Under the pieces are notes generated by a model, which was given only the letters and a program-made list of their open reading frames with translations, was not told the DNA's origin and did not search any database. DNA of 27,338 nt from a virus (Duplodnaviria; Heunggongvirae; Uroviricota; Caudoviricetes). Where the stretch lies: IMG/VR virus record IMGVR_UViG_2585427755_000009; one strand, 5' to 3'. Shown piece after piece: positions 25,888 through 27,338 of the stretch. A program made the position numbers and the translations under genes. The first letter of the stretch is position 1. Each line of letters opens with the position of its first letter.

Positions 25888-27338
25888 TATTTAGCCCTCA
25901 CCAGAAAGTTAAATGCGATGTTACGTGGTCTGACGGCTATAAAATTCACACCATCACCCACTGAATTACTGGTGTAATGGTATCGAGAGAAACCCGGCTC
26001 GTGTGCTGATATTCCATCGTGATTAGCAATCGAATGGCCGGACCCCTCTGGATAATTACCTCCAAATTGCGATAAAGATGTTGCTGCCTGCCAGCTTAAT
26101 AATGCTCGTCCACTGTCCGCCCCTCGCCCGTCATCCCAGATACGAATGAAATCACCGCGGGCTTCAGGTAATACCAGCGAAGGAAACACTTTCGCCAGCA
26201 CAGGGTAATCAGTGGCAGAGAATTTCGCGCCGTTGAACTTCAAAAACACCATGCCGGACCAGCTTTCGATTACGGTATCTGGCATTGCAGCGGACGGCCA
26301 GAAGAACGGAACACCAATAGCTGGAGCACCTTCTCCCAAACCAAGGTATGTGAGAAGACCAGCTACATCCTTTCCACTCAAATTGGTAAGCGTATTGTCC
26401 AGCGGTTGTTTACCTGACAGCGCATTAAGCATTGTCGTGGCAAAGTTCGGATCATTCCCCAGCGCCGCTGCCAGTTCGTTCAGCGTATCCAGTGCCGCAG
26501 GTGCAGAACCCACCATTGCTGCAATTGCCGATTTCACAAAAGCGGTAGTGGCAATCTGTGTATTGTTGACCGACTGCGCCGCCGTGGGAGCTGTTGGCGT
26601 TCCGGTAAGTGCCGGACTCGACAGCGGCGCTTTCAGTGCCAACGCATTGTTAATGGTGGTACTGAATTTCGGATCATTGTTAATGGCTACGGCTATTTCT
26701 TTCAGCGTGTCCAGCGTGGCTGGCGCACCATTAATAAGAGCCGTCAGTGCCGCCTGAACAAATGCAGTGGTCGCAACCTGCGTGGTATTATTCCCCGCCG
26801 CTGGCGTTGGCGCTTTGGGGGTTCCGGTAAACGTTGGACTTTCTTTGGGTGCATACTGTGAATGTGGGTCCGCTGCGGCAAGGTGTTTTGCCATTTGGTC
26901 ATCCACATACACCTTCAGCTCCAGTGTCTTATCATCCACATACTTGCGGGTTGCCAGTACTACAGCAGGGTCGATTTTCAGGGTGATATTGTCCGTACTG
27001 CTGGTAATCAGCACCATGCGCACGGTCTGGGTGCGCCCGCTGCCTTCAGCCAGTTGCGGCTTATAGCTTTCCGGGCAGTTGCCCACGGCAATCAATGCCC
27101 CGGATTCATCAAACAGGCCCACTTCACGTATCCACCAACCGCCCTCATTTTCAGGGATCACCTGTTCAGCAATAATCTGGCTGCTGTTCTGCGGGTCGAT
27201 ATAGAGCATATTCAGCGCAGCCCGGCGTTTCTCATTTACCAGTGCTGTCTGCTTTGCGTCCGGCGTTGGCAATGTTCCGCCGCCATCGCCGACCGCCATA
27301 TGGGTAATTTTTAAAGGCACACCGAGCGCGGCGGCGCT
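25887..27338 (-). CDS. Alternative tail fibre protein H' (partial; 5' end runs off the window)
   Basis: N-terminal about 320 aa identical to H, different C-terminal receptor-binding region (GAPAIGVPFFWPSAAMPD...). The reading frame stays open to the window edge. Confidence 0.75.
   Translation of the reverse strand, partial: SAAALGVPLKITHMAVGDGGGTLPTPDAKQTALVNEKRRAALNMLYIDPQNSSQIIAEQVIPENEGGWWIREVGLFDESGALIAVGNCPESYKPQLAEGSGRTQTVRMVLITSSTDNITLKIDPAVVLATRKYVDDKTLELKVYVDDQMAKHLAAADPHSQYAPKESPTFTGTPKAPTPAAGNNTTQVATTAFVQAALTALINGAPATLDTLKEIAVAINNDPKFSTTINNALALKAPLSSPALTGTPTAPTAAQSVNNTQIATTAFVKSAIAAMVGSAPAALDTLNELAAALGNDPNFATTMLNALSGKQPLDNTLTNLSGKDVAGLLTYLGLGEGAPAIGVPFFWPSAAMPDTVIESWSGMVFLKFNGAKFSATDYPVLAKVFPSLVLPEARGDFIRIWDDGRGADSGRALLSWQAATSLSQFGGNYPEGSGHSIANHDGISAHEPGFSRYHYTSNSVGDGVNFIAVRPRNIAFNFLVRAK
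26330..27338. repeat. Right arm of the perfect inverted repeat of at least 1,009 bp (truncated by the window end)
   Basis: Reverse complement of 23514-24522. Confidence 0.85.
26331..26356. promoter_or_regulatory. Hin/Gin/Cin-type inversion crossover site (hix/gix-like), right copy
   Basis: TTCTCCCAAACCAAGGTATGTGAGAA, inverted copy of the site at 24496-24521, at the inner edge of the right repeat arm. Confidence 0.5.

Noticed and set aside
1-27338. CRISPR arrays, tRNA or rRNA genes, IS elements
   Set aside because: No short regularly spaced direct repeats, cloverleaf-like tRNA candidates or transposase ORFs were seen; the only large repeat is the tail-fibre inverted repeat.

Overview
The window is most of a P2/186-family temperate myovirus prophage from an enterobacterial host. 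It begins exactly at the integrase stop codon (so attL is outside the window) and ends inside an inverted copy of the tail-fibre gene. Order: int and cI (minus strand); apl, cII, five small ORFs, a TraR/DksA zinc-finger protein, Dam methyltransferase and the RepA/gpA replication endonuclease (plus strand, translationally coupled); a LexA-box-controlled pair (Tum-like candidate plus DinI-like protein); an AT-rich cargo locus with a KAP-family P-loop NTPase, a cos-like GC-rich element and an N-terminally extended RES-domain protein; portal Q and terminase P (minus); capsid, lysis and tail-completion genes O-N-M-L-X-holin-endolysin-Rz/Rz1-R-S (plus); an AT-rich antisense membrane-protein moron; baseplate and tail-fibre genes V-W-J-I-H-G (plus); then a converging alternative tail-fibre module G'-H' (minus). 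The two tail-fibre genes share a perfect inverted repeat of at least 1 kb, with Hin/Gin-type crossover-site-like sequences at its inner edges. Sheath, tube, tape measure, D and ogr are not in the window. The best candidates for an undescribed defence function are the KAP NTPase and the solo RES-domain fusion protein; the membrane moron and a small secreted Cys-rich peptide are secondary. All protein calls rest on motif recognition and recalled family sequences, not database searches; no tRNA, rRNA or CRISPR array was seen.
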